From Azolla caroliniana (lineage: Eukaryota; Plantae; Polypodiophyta): a DNA stretch of 37,189 bases. The notes beneath the pieces are model-generated. The model worked only from the letters and a program-made list of their open reading frames with translations, was not told where the DNA came from and made no database searches. The translations under genes and the position numbers were made by a program. The stretch lies in assembly GCA_043228905.1 (NCBI GenBank), contig JBHGNT010000303.1, positions 1 through 37,189 of the forward strand, given 5' to 3'. How positions within the stretch are numbered: position 1 is the stretch's first letter; each line of letters opens with the position of its first letter. Shown piece after piece: positions 25,385-37,189 of the stretch.

Positions 25385-26096
25385 CCTCAAATTTGGTAAT
25401 TTCGTCATATCTCTCGACCTGAGTTTCAAAATCTTGATTTTTTAATTCCATATCATAGCTAGCGTTGTAAGCTTCGATTCGCATGTTTGAACACAAAAAT
25501 CCGATATCACACGTGCCAGGTATGAACATTTTAATTTACCTACAAGCTCTTCCCAACTCACTCCTCAAATTTGGTAATTTCGTCATGTCTCTCGACCTGA
25601 GTTTCAAAATCTTGATTTTTTAATTCCATATCATAGCTAGCGTTGTTAGCTTCGATTCGCGTGCTTCAACACAAAAATCCGATATCACACTCCCCAGGTA
25701 TGAACATTTTAATTTACTCAAGGGCTCCTCTGAACTCCCTCCTCATGTTTGGTAATTTCGTCATGTCTCTCGACCTGAGTTTCAAAATCTTGATTTTTTA
25801 ATTCCATATCATAGCTAGCATTGTTAGCTTCGATTCGCATGTTTGAACACAAAAATCCGATATCACACGAGCCAGGTATGAACATTTTAATTTACCTACT
25901 AGCTCTTCCCAACTCATTCCTCAAATTTGGTAATTTCGTCATGTCTCTCGACCTGAGTTTCAAAATCTTGATTTTTTAATTCCATATCATAGCTAGCGTT
26001 GTTAGCTTCGATTCGCATGTTTGAACACAAAAATCCGATATCACACGAGCCAGGTATGAACATTTTAATTTACCAACTAGCTCTTCCCAACTCACT

Positions 26097-26225
26097 CCTC
26101 AAATTTGGTAATTTCGTCATGTCTCTCGACCTGAGTTTCAAAATCTTGATTTTTTAATTCCATATATTAGCTAGCGTTGTTAGCTTCGATTTGCAGGCTT
26201 CAACACAAAAATCCGATATCACACT
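26097..26225. repeat. Truncated monomer (129 bp; 49-bp deletion)
   Basis: The junction cacactcccca|aatttgg at 26230 skips from monomer position 134 to position 6 of the next monomer. Confidence 0.93.
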
Positions 26226-29200
26226 CCCCAAATTTGGTAATTCCATCATGTCTCTCGACCTGAGTTTCAAAATCTTGATTTTTTAATTCCATATCATAGC
26301 TAGCATTATTAGCTTCGATTCGCATGTTTGAACACAAAATTCGGATATCACACTCCCCAGGTCTGAACATTTTAATTTACCTACTAGCTCTTCTCAACTC
26401 ATTCCTCAAATTTGGTAATTTCGTCATGTCTCTCGACCTGAGTTTCAAAATCTTGATTTTTTAATTCCATATCATAGCTAGCGTTGTTAGCTTCGATTCG
26501 CATGTTTGAACACAAAAATCCGATATCACACGTGCCAGGTATGAACATTTTAATTTACCTACAAGTTCTTCCCAACTCACTCCTCAAATTTGATAATTTC
26601 GTCATGTCTCTCGACCTGAGTTTCAAAATCTTGATTTTTTAATTCCATATCATAGCTAGCGTTGTTAGCTTCGATTCGCGTGCTTCAACACAAAAATCCG
26701 ATATCACACGAGCCAGGTATGAACATTTTAATTTACTCAAGGGCTCCTCTGAACTCCCTCCTCATGTTTGGTAATTTCGTCATGTCTCTCGACCTGAGTT
26801 TCAAAATCTTGATTTTTTAATTCCATGTCATAGCTAGCATTGTTAGCTTCGATTCACATGTTTGAACACAAAAATCCGATATCACACGAGCCAGGTATGA
26901 ACATTTTAATTTACCTACTAGCTCTTCCCAACTCATTCCTCAAATTTGGTAATTTCGTCATGTCTCTCGACCTGAGTTTCAAAATCTTGATTTTTTAATT
27001 CCATATCATAGCTAGCGTTGTTAGCTTCGATTCGCATGTTTGAACACAAAAATCCGATATCACACGAGCCAGGTATGAACATTTTAATTTACCTACAAGC
27101 TCTTCCCAACTCACTCCTCAAATTTGGTAATTTCGTCATATCTCTCGACCTGAGTTTCAAAATCTTGATTTTTTAATTCCATATCATAGCTAGCGTTGTT
27201 AGCTTCGATTCGCATGCTTGAACACAAAAATCCGATATCACACTCCCCAGGTATGAACATTTTAATTTACTCAAGGGCTCCTCTGAACTCCCTCCTCATG
27301 TTTGGTAATTTCGTCATGTCTCTCGACCTGAGTTTCAAAATCTTGATTTTTTAATTCCATATCATAGCTAGCATTGTTAGCTTCGATTCGCATGTTTGAA
27401 CACAAAAATCCGATATCACACGAGCCAGGTATGAACATTTTAATTTACCTACAAGCTCTTCCCAACTCACTCCTCAAATTTGGTAATTTCGTCATATCTC
27501 TCGACCTGAGTTTCAAAATCTTGATTTTTTAATTCCATATCATAGCTAGCGTTGTTAGCTTCGTTTCGCATGCTTGAACACAAAAATCCGATATCACACT
27601 CCCCAGGTATGAACATTTTAATTTACTCAAGGGCTCCTCTGAACTCCCTCCTCATGTTTGGTAATTTCGTCATGTCTCTCGACCTGAGTTTCAAAATCTT
27701 GATTTTTTAATTCCATATCATAGCTAGCGTTGTTAGCTTCGATTCGCATGTTTGAACACATAAATCCGATATCACACTCGCCAGGTATGAACATTTTAAT
27801 TTACCTACTAGCTCTTCCCAACTCACTCCTCAAATTTTTTAATTCCATCATGTCTCTCGACCTGAGTTTCAAAATCTTGATTTTTTAGTTCCATATCATA
27901 GCTAGCATTATTAGCTTCGATTCGCATGTTTGAACACAAAATTCCGATATCACACTCCCCAGGTCTTAACATTTTAATTTACCAACTAGCTCTTCCCAAC
28001 TCACTCCTCAAATTTGGTAATTTCGTCATGTCTCTCGACCTGAGTTTCAAAATCTTGATTTTTTAATTCCATATCATAGCTAGCATTGTTAGCTTCGATT
28101 CGCATGCTTGAACACAAAATTCCGATATCACACTCCCCAGGTATGAACATTTTAATTTACTCAAGGGCTCCTCTGAACTCCCTCCTCATGTTTGGTAATT
28201 TCGTCATGTCTCTCGACCTGAGTTTCAAAATCTTGATTTTTTAATTGCATATCATAGCTAGCATTGTTAGCTTCGATTCGCATGTTTGAACACAAAAATC
28301 CGATATCACACGAGCCAGGTATGAACATTTTAATTTACCTACTAGCTCTTCCCAACTCATTCCTCAAATTTGGTAATTTCGTCATGTCTCTCGACCTGAG
28401 TTTCAAAATCTTGATTTTTTAATTCCATATCATAGCTAGCGTTGTTAGCTTCGAATCGCATGTTTGAACACAAAAATCCGATATCACACGAGCCAGGTAT
28501 GAACATTTTAATTTACCTACTAGCTCTTCCCAACTCACTCCTCAAAATTGGTAATTTCGTCATGTCTCTCGACCTGAGTTTCAAAATCTTGATTTTTTAA
28601 TTCCATATCATAGCTAGCATTGCTAGCTTCGATTCGCATGTTTGAACACAAAAATCCGATATCACACGAGCCAGGTATGAACATTTTAATTTACCAACTA
28701 GCTCTTCCCAACTCACTCCTCAAATTTTTTAATTCCATCATGTCTCTCGACCTGAGTTTCAAAATCTTGATTTTTTAATTCCATATCATAGCTAGCATTA
28801 TTAGCTTCGATTCGCATGTTTGAACACAAAATTCCGATATCACACTCCCCAGGTCTGAACATTTTAATTTACCTACTAGCTCTTCTCAACTCATTCCTCA
28901 AATTTGGTAATTTCGTCATGTCTCTCGACCTGAGTTTCAAAATCTTGATTTTTTAATTCCATATCATAGCCAGCGTTGTTAGCTTCGATTCGCATGTTTG
29001 AACACAAAAATCCGATATCACACGTGCCAGGTATGAACATTTTAATTTACCTACAAGTTCTTCCCAACTCACTCCTCAAATTTGATAATTTCGTCATGTC
29101 TCTCGACCTGAGTTTCAAAATCTTGATTTTTTAATTCCATATCATAGCTAGCGTTGTTAGCTTCGATTCGCGTGCTTCAACACAAAAATCCGATATCACA

Positions 29201-32200
29201 CGAGCCAGGTATGAACATTTTAATTTACTCAAGGGCTCCTCTGAACTCCCTCCTCATGTTTGGTAATTTCGTCATGTCTCTCGACCTGAGTTTCAAAATC
29301 TTGATTTTTTAATTCCATATCATAGCTAGCATTGTTAGCTTCGATTCGCATGCTTGAACACAAAAATCCGATATCACACTCCCCAGGTATGAACATTTTA
29401 ATTTACTCAAGGGCTCCTCTGCACTCCCTCCTCATGTTTGGTAATTTCGTCATGTCTCTCGACCTGAGTTTCAAAATCTTGATTTTTTAATTCCATATCA
29501 TAGCTAGCGTTGTTAGCTTCGATTCGCATGTTTGAACACAAAAGTCCGATATCACACGAGCCAGGTATGAACATTTTAATTTACCTACAAGCTCTTCCCA
29601 ACTCACTCCTCAAATTTGGTAATTTCGTCATATCTCTCGACCTGAGTTTCAAAATCTTGATTTTTTAATTCCATATCATAGCTAGCGTTGTTAGCTTCGA
29701 TTCGCATGCTTGAACACAAAAATCCGATATCACACTCCCCAGCTATGAACATTTTAATTTACTCAAGGGCTCCTCTGAACTCCCTCCTCATGTTTGGTAA
29801 TTTCGTCATGTCTCTCGACCTGAGTTTCAAAATCTTGATTTTTTAATTCCATATCATAGCTAGCATTGTTAGCTTCGATTCGCATGTTTGAACACAAAAA
29901 TACGATATCACACGAGCCAGGTATGAACATTTTAATTTACCTACTAGCTCTTCCCAACTCATTCCTCAAATTTGGTAATTTCGTCATGTCTCTCGACCTG
30001 AGTTTCAAAATCTTGATTTGTTAATTCCATATCATAGCTAGCGTTGTTAGCTTCGATTCGCATGTTTGAACACATAAATCCGATATCACACTCGCCAGGT
30101 ATGAACATTTTAATTTACCAACTAGCTCTTCCCAACTCACTCCTCAAATTTTTTAATTCCATCATGTCTCTCGACCTGAGTTTCAAAATCTTGATTTTTT
30201 AGTTCCATATCATAGCTAGCATTATTAGCTTCGATTCGCATGTTTGAACACAAAATTCCGATATCACACTCCCCAGGTCTTAACATTTTAATTTACCAAC
30301 TAGCTCTTCCCAACTCACTCCTCAAATTTGGTAATTTCGTCATGTCTCTCGACCTGAGTTTCAAAATCTTGATTTTTTAATTCCATATCATAGCTAGCAT
30401 TGTTAGCTTCGATTCGCATGCTTGAACACAAAAATCCGATATCACACTCCCCAGGTATGAACATTTTAATTTACTCAAGGGCTCCTCTGAACTCCCTCCT
30501 CATGTTTGGTAATTTCGTCATGTCTCTCGACCTGAGTTTCAAAATCTTGATTTTTTAATTCCATATCATAGCTAGCATTGTTAGCTTCGATTCGCATGTT
30601 TGAACACAAAAATCCGATATCACACAAGCCAGGTATGAACATTTTAATTTACCTACTAGCTCTTCCCAACTCATTCCTCAAATTTGGTAATTTCGTCATG
30701 TCTCTCGACCTGAGTTTCAAAATCTTGATTTTTTAATTCCATATCATAGCTAGCGTTGTTAGCTTCGAATCGCATGTTTGAACACAAAATTCCGATATCA
30801 CACTCCCCAGGTCTGAACATTTCGTCATGTCTCTCGACCCTCATGTTTGGTAATTTCGTCATGTCTCTCGACCTGAGTTTCAAAATCTTGATTTTTTAAT
30901 TCCATATCATAGCTAGCATTGTTAGCTTCGATTCGCATGTTTGAACACAAAAATCCGATATCACACGAGCCAGGTATGAACATTTTAATTTACCTACTAG
31001 CTCTTCCCAACTCATTCCTCAAATTTGGTAATTTCGTCATGTCTCTCGACCTGAGTTTCAAAATCTTGATTTTTTAATTCCATATCATAGCTAGCGTTGT
31101 TAGCTTCGATTCGCATGTTTGAACACAAAAATCCGATATCACACGTGCCAGGTATGAACATTTTAATTTACCTACAAGTTCTTCCCAACTCACTCCTCAA
31201 ATTTGATAATTTCGTCATGTCTCTCGACCTGAGTTTCAAAATCTTGATTTTTTAATTCCATATCATAGCTAGCGTTGTTAGCTTCGATTCGCGTTCTTCA
31301 ACACAAAAATCCGATATCACACGAGCCAGGTATGAACATTTTAATTTACTCAAGGGCTCCTCTGAACTCCCTCCTCATGTTTGGTAATTTCGTCATGTCT
31401 CTCGACCTGAGTTTCAAAATCTTGATTTTTTAATTCCATATCATAGCTAGGATTGTTAGCTTCGATTCGCATGCTTGAACACAAAAATCCGATATCACAC
31501 TCCCCAGGTATGAACATTTTAATTTACTCAAGGGCTCCTCTGAACTCCCTCCTCATGTTTGGTAATTTCGTCATGTCTCTCGACCTGAGTTTCAAAATCT
31601 TGATTTTTTAATTCCATATCATAGCTAGCATTGTTAGCTTCGATTCGCATGTTTGAACACAAAAATCCGATATCACACGAGCCAGGTATGAACATTTTAA
31701 TTTACCTACTAGCTCTTCCCAACTCATTCCTCAAATTTGGTAATTTCGTCATGTCTCTCGACCTGAGTTTCAAAATCTTGATTTTTTAATTCCATATCAT
31801 AGCTAGCGTTGTTAGCTTCGAATCGCATGTTTGAACACAAAAATCCGATATCACACGAGCCAGGTATGAACATTTTAATTTACCTACTAGCTCTTCCCAA
31901 CTCACTCCTCAAAATTGGTAATTTCGTCATGTCTCGCGACCTGAGTTTCAAAATCTTGATTTTTTAATTCCATATCATAGCTAGCATTGCTAGCTTCGAT
32001 TCGCATGTTTGAACACAAAAATCCGATATCACACGAGCCAGGTATGAACATTTTAATTTACCAACTAGCTCTTCCCAACTCACTCCTCAAATTTTTTAAT
32101 TCCATCATGTCTCTCGACCTGAGTTTCAAAATCTTGATTTTTTAATTCCATATCATAGCTAGCATTATTAGCTTCGATTCGCATGTTTGAACACAAAATT

Positions 32201-33340
32201 CCGATATCACACTCCCCAGGTCTGAACATTTTAATTTACCTACTAGCTCTTCTCAACTCATTCCTCAAATTTGGTAATTTCGTCATGTCTCTCGACCTGA
32301 GTTTCAAAATCTTGATTTTTTAATTCCATATCATAGCTAGCGTTGTTAGCTTCGATTCGCATGTTTGAACACAAAAATCCGATATCACACGTGCCAGGTA
32401 TGAACATTTTAATTTACCTACAAGTTCTTCCCAACTCACTCCTCAAATTTGATAGTTTCGTCATGTCTCTCGACCTGAGTTTCAAAATCTTGATTTTTTA
32501 ATTCCATATCATAGCTAGCGTTGTTAGCTTCGATTCGCGTGCTTCAACACAAAAATCCGATATCACACGAGGCAGGTATGAACATTTTAATTTACTCAAG
32601 GGCTCCTCTGAACTCCCTCCTCATGTTTGGTAATTTCGTCATGTCTCTCGACCTGAGTTTCAAAATCTTGATTTTTTAATTCCATATCATAGCTAGCATT
32701 GTTAGCTTCGATTCGCATGCTTGAACACAAAAATCCGATATCACACTCCCCAGGTATGAACATTTTAATTTACTCAAGGGCTCCTCTGAACTCCCTCCTC
32801 ATGTTTGGTAATTTCGTCATGTCTCTCGACCTGAGTTTCAAAATCTTGATTTTTTAATTCCATATCATAGCTAGCATTGTTAGCTTCGATTCGCATGTTT
32901 GAACACAAAAATCCGATATCACACGAGCCAGGTATGAACATTTTAATTTACCTACTAGCTCTTCCCAACTCATTCCTCAAATTTGGTAATTTCGTCATGT
33001 CTCTCGACCTGAGTTTCAAAATCTTGATTTTTTAATTCCATATCATAGCTAGCGTTGTTAGCTTCGATTCGCATGTTTGAACACATAAATCCGATATCAC
33101 ACTCGCCAGGTATGAACATTTTAATTTACCAACTAGCTCTTCCCAACTCACTCCTCAAATTTTTTAATTCCATCATGTCTCTCGACCTGAGTTTCAAAAT
33201 CTTGATTTTTTAGTTCCATATCATAGCTAGCATTATTAGCTTCGATTCGCATGTTTGAACACAAAATTCCGATATCACACTGCCCAGGTCTTAACATTTT
33301 AATTTACCAACTAGCTCTTCCCAACTCACTCCTCAAATTT
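26226..33340. repeat. Patchwork higher-order repeat domain with divergent 'D-type' monomers
   Basis: cacataaat at 27761/30075/33086 (13 and 17 monomers apart) and cgaatcg at 28455/30769/31822. An ~8-monomer block at ~28050-29500 recurs at ~31417-32870 (+3367 = 19x178-15). Confidence 0.8.
30676..30838. repeat. Rearranged monomer (163 bp; 31 bp replaced by a 16-bp templated insertion)
   Basis: gtctgaacattt-cgtcatgtctctcgac-cctcatgttt at 30811-30848. The 21-mer atttcgtcatgtctctcgacc occurs at both 30819-30839 and 30853-30873. Confidence 0.9.
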
Positions 33341-33355
33341 GGTAATTTCGTCATG

Positions 33356-35356
33356 TCTCTCGACCTGAGTTTCAAAATCTTGATTTTTTAATTCCATATC
33401 ATAGCTAGCGTTGTTAGCTTCGATTCGCATGCTTGAACACAAAAATCCGATATCACACTCCCCAGGTATGAACATTTTAATTTACTCAAGGGCTCCTCTG
33501 AACTCCCTCCTCATGTTTGGTAATTTCGTCATGTCTCTCGACCTGAGTTTCAAAATCTTGATTTTTTAATTCCATATCATAGCTAGCATTGTTAGCTTCG
33601 ATTCGCATGTTTGAACACAAAAATCCGATATCACACGAGCCAGGTATGAACATTTTAATTTACCTACTAGCTCTTCCCAACTCATTCCTCAAATTTGGTA
33701 ATTTCGTCATGTCTCTCGACCTGAGTTTCAAAATCTTGATTTTTTAATTCCATATCATAGCTAGCGTTGTTAACTTCGATTCGCATGTTTGAACACAAAA
33801 ATCCGATATCACACGAGCCAGGTATGAACATTTTAATTTACCTACTAGCTCTTCCCAACTCACTCCTCAAATTTGGTAATTTGGTCATGTCTCTCGACCT
33901 GAGTTTCAAAATCTTGATTTTCTAATTCCATATCATAGCTAGCGTTGTTAGCTTCGATTCGCATGCTTGAACACAAAAATCCGATATCACACGAGCCAGG
34001 TATGAACATTTTAATTTACCTAAGGGCTCCTCCCAACTCCCTCCTCATGTTTGGTAATTTCGTCATGTCTCTCGACCTGAGTTTCAAAATCTTGATTTTT
34101 TAATTCCATATCATAGCTAGCGTTGTTAGCTTCGATTCGCGTGCTTCAACACAAAAATCCGATATCACACGAGCCAGGTATGAACATTTTAATTTACCTA
34201 CAAGCTCTTCCCAACTCAGTCCTCAAATTTGGTAATTTCGTCATGTCTCTCGACCTGAGTTTCAAAATCTTGATTTTTTAATTCCATATCATAGCTAGCA
34301 TTGTTAGCTTCGATTCGCATGTTTGAACACAAAAATCCGATATCACACGAGCCAGGTATGAACATTTTAATTTACCAACTAGCTCTTCCCAACTCACTCC
34401 TCAAATTTGGTAATTTCGTCATGTCTCTCGACCTGAGTTTCAAAATCTTGATTTTTTAATTCCATATCATAGCTAGCATTGTTAGCTTCGATTCGCATGT
34501 TTGAACACAAAAATCCGATATCACACGAGCCAGGTATGAACATTTTAATTTACCTACAAGCTCTTCCCAACTCACTCCTCAAATTTGGTAATTTCGTCAT
34601 ATCTCTCGACCTGAGTTTCAAAATCTTGATTTTTTAATTCCATATCATAGCTAGCGTTGTTAGCTTCGATTCGCATGCTTGAACACAAAAATCCGATATC
34701 ACACTCCCCAGGTATGAACATTTTAATTTACTCAAGGGCTCCTCTGAACTCCCTCCTCATGTTTGGTAATTTCGTCATGTCTCTCGACCTGAGTTTCAAA
34801 ATCTTGATTTTTTAATTCCATATCATAGCTAGCATTGTTAGCTTCGATTCGCATGTTTGAACACAAAAATCCGATATCACACGAGCCAGGTATGAACATT
34901 TTAATTTACCTACTAGCTCTTCCCAACTCATTCCTCAAATTTGGTAATTTCGTCATGTCTCTCGACCTGAGTTTCAAAATCTTGATTTTTTAATTCCATA
35001 TCATAGCTAGCGTTGTTAACTTCGATTCGCATGTTTGAACACAAAAATCCGATATCACACGAGCCAGGTATGAACATTTTAATTTACCTACTAGCTCTTC
35101 CCAACTCACTCCTCAAATTTGGTAATTTGGTCATGTCTCTCGACCTGAGTTTCAAAATCTTGATTTTCTAATTCCATATCATAGCTAGCGTTGTTAGCTT
35201 CGATTCGCATGCTTGAACACAAAAATTCGATATCACACGAGCCAGGTATGAACATTTTAATTTACCTAAGGGCTCCTCCCAACTCCCTCCTCATGTTTGG
35301 TAATTTCGTCATGTCTCTCGACCTGAGTTTCAAAATCTTGATTTTTTAATTCCATA
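33356..35356. repeat. ~4-monomer block duplicated at a 7-monomer offset (1246 bp)
   Basis: ttaacttcg 33773/35019, ttggtcatg 33881/35127, tttctaatt 33922/35168, taagggctcctccc 34021/35267. Confidence 0.88.
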
Positions 35357-37189
35357 TCATAGCTAGCATTGTTAGCTTCGATTCGCATGCTTGAACACAA
35401 AAATCCGATATCACACTCCCCAGGTATGAACATTTTAATTTACTCAAGGGCTCCTCTGAACTCCCTCCTCATGTTTGGTAATTTCGTCATGTCTCTCGAC
35501 CTGAGTTTCAAAATCTTGATTTTTTAATTCCATATCATAGCTAGCATTATTAGCTTCGATTCGCATGTTTGAACACAAAAATCCGATATCACACGAGCCA
35601 GGTATGAACATTTTAATTTACCTACTAGCTCTTCCCAACTCATTCCTCAAATTTGGTAATTTCGTCATGTCTCTCGACCTGAGTTTCAAAATCTTGATTT
35701 TTTAATTCCATATCATAGCTAGCATTGTTAGCTTCGATTCGCATGTTTGAACACAAAAATCCGATATCACACGAGCCAGGTATGAACATTTTAATTTACC
35801 TACAAGCTCTTCCCAACTCACTCCTCAAATTTGGTAATTTCGTCATATCTCTCGACCTGAGTTTCAAAATCTTGATTTTTTAATTCCATATCATAGCTAG
35901 CGTTGTTAGCTTCGATTCGCATGCTTGAACACAAAAATCCGATATCACAAGAGCCAGGTATGAACATTTTAATTTACCTAAGGGCTCCTCCCAACTCCCT
36001 CCTCATGTTTGGTAATTTCGTCATGTCTCTCTACCTGAGTTTCAAAATCTTGATTTTTTAATTCCATATCATAGCTAGCGTTGTTAGCTTCGATTCGCGT
36101 GCTTCAACACAAAAATCCGATATCACACGAGCCAGGTATGAACATTTTAATTTACCTACAAGCTCTTCCCAACTCACTCCTCAAATTTGGTAATTTCGTC
36201 ATGTCTCTCGACCTGAGTTTCAAAATCTTGATTTTTTAATTCCATATCATAGCTAGCATTGTTAGCTTCGATTCGCATGTTTGAACACAAAAATCCGATA
36301 TCACACGAGCCAGGTATGAACATTTTAATTTACCAACTAGCTCTTCCCAACTCACTCCTCAAATTTGGTAATTTCGTCATGTCTCTCGACCTGAGTTTCA
36401 AAATCTTGATTTTTTAATTCCATATCATAGCTAGCGTTGTTAGCTTCGATTCGCATGTTTGAACACAAAAATCCGATATCACACGAGCCAGATATGAACA
36501 TTTTAATTTACCTACTAGCTCTTCCCAACTCATTCCTCAAATTTGGTAATTTCGTCATGTCTCTCGACCTGAGTTTCAAAATCTTGATTTTTTAATTCCA
36601 TATCATAGCTAGCATTGCTAGCTTCGATTCGCATGTTTGAACACAAAAATCCGATATCACACGAGCCAGGTATGAACATTTTAATTTACTCAAGGGCTCC
36701 TCTGAACTCCCTCCTCATGTTTGGTAATTTCGTCATGTCTCTCGACCTGAGTTTCAAAATCTTGATTTTTTAATTCCATATCATAGCTAGCATTGTTAGC
36801 TTCGATTCGCATGTTTGAACACAAAAATCCGATATCACACGAGCCAGGTATGAACATTTTAATTTACCAACTAGCTCTTCCCAACTCACTCCTCAAATTT
36901 GGTAATTTCGTCATGTCTCTCGACCTGAGTTTCAAAATCTTGATTTTTTAATTCCATATCATAGCTAGCATTGTTAGCTTCGATTCGCATGTTTGAACAC
37001 AAAAATCCGATATCACACGAGCCAGGTATGAACATTTTAATTTATCAACGAGCTCTTCCCAATTCACTCCTCAAATTTGGTAATTTCGTCATGTCTCTCG
37101 ACCTGAGTTTCAAAATCTTGATTTTTTAATTCCATATCATAGCTAGCGTTGTTAGCTTCGATTCGCATGCTTGAACACAAAAATCCGAT

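Larger units (their letters stand above)
1..37189. repeat. 178-bp tandem satellite DNA array (210 monomers, putatively centromeric/pericentromeric)
   Basis: Monomers start at 1, 179, 357, ... and the phase holds to 37069 after eight 1-bp deletions and net losses of 62, 49 and 15 bp. Orientation is uniform and there is no unique sequence. A centromeric role is inferred only from the nucleosome-scale length and homogeneity. Confidence 0.98.

Noticed and set aside
22038-30883. Minus-strand ORFs at 22038-22241 and 30671-30883
   Set aside because: These are chance frames. The first depends on a point variant removing a stop and the second is created by the rearrangement at ~30820.
1-37189. CRISPR-like repeat-spacer array or diversity cassette locus
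   Set aside because: The variable segments are a few homologous alleles rather than unique spacers, the period is 178 bp, and no cas, recombinase or reverse transcriptase genes are present.
1-37189. A single regular HOR spanning the window, or inversions and transposon insertions
   Set aside because: Marker offsets differ by region. All monomers are co-oriented, and the phase arithmetic accounts for every base without foreign sequence.

Overview
The whole window is one uninterrupted head-to-tail tandem array of a 178-bp satellite (~37% GC by hand count of the consensus). It holds 210 monomers, including a 121-bp partial copy at the 3' end, all in the same orientation. Consensus from position 1: cctcaaatttggtaatttcgtcatgtctctcgacctgagtttcaaaatcttgattttttaattccatatcatagctagcgttgttagcttcgattcgcatgtttgaacacaaaaatccgatatcacacgagccaggtatgaacattttaatttaccaactagctcttcccaactcact. 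I see no genes, RNA genes, transposons or CRISPR arrays, and the listed ORFs are chance read-throughs of the repeat. Monomer length and homogeneity fit a eukaryotic centromeric or pericentromeric satellite. I do not recognise the family or species, and it does not resemble Arabidopsis CEN178 as I recall it. The interest is internal: local higher-order repeats of several periods (11, 16/15, 13 and 7 monomers), combinatorial variant cassettes, a change of variant repertoire at ~25-26 kb, three microhomology-associated lesions, and a cryptic internal sub-repeat. I found no evidence for a new protein-based system.
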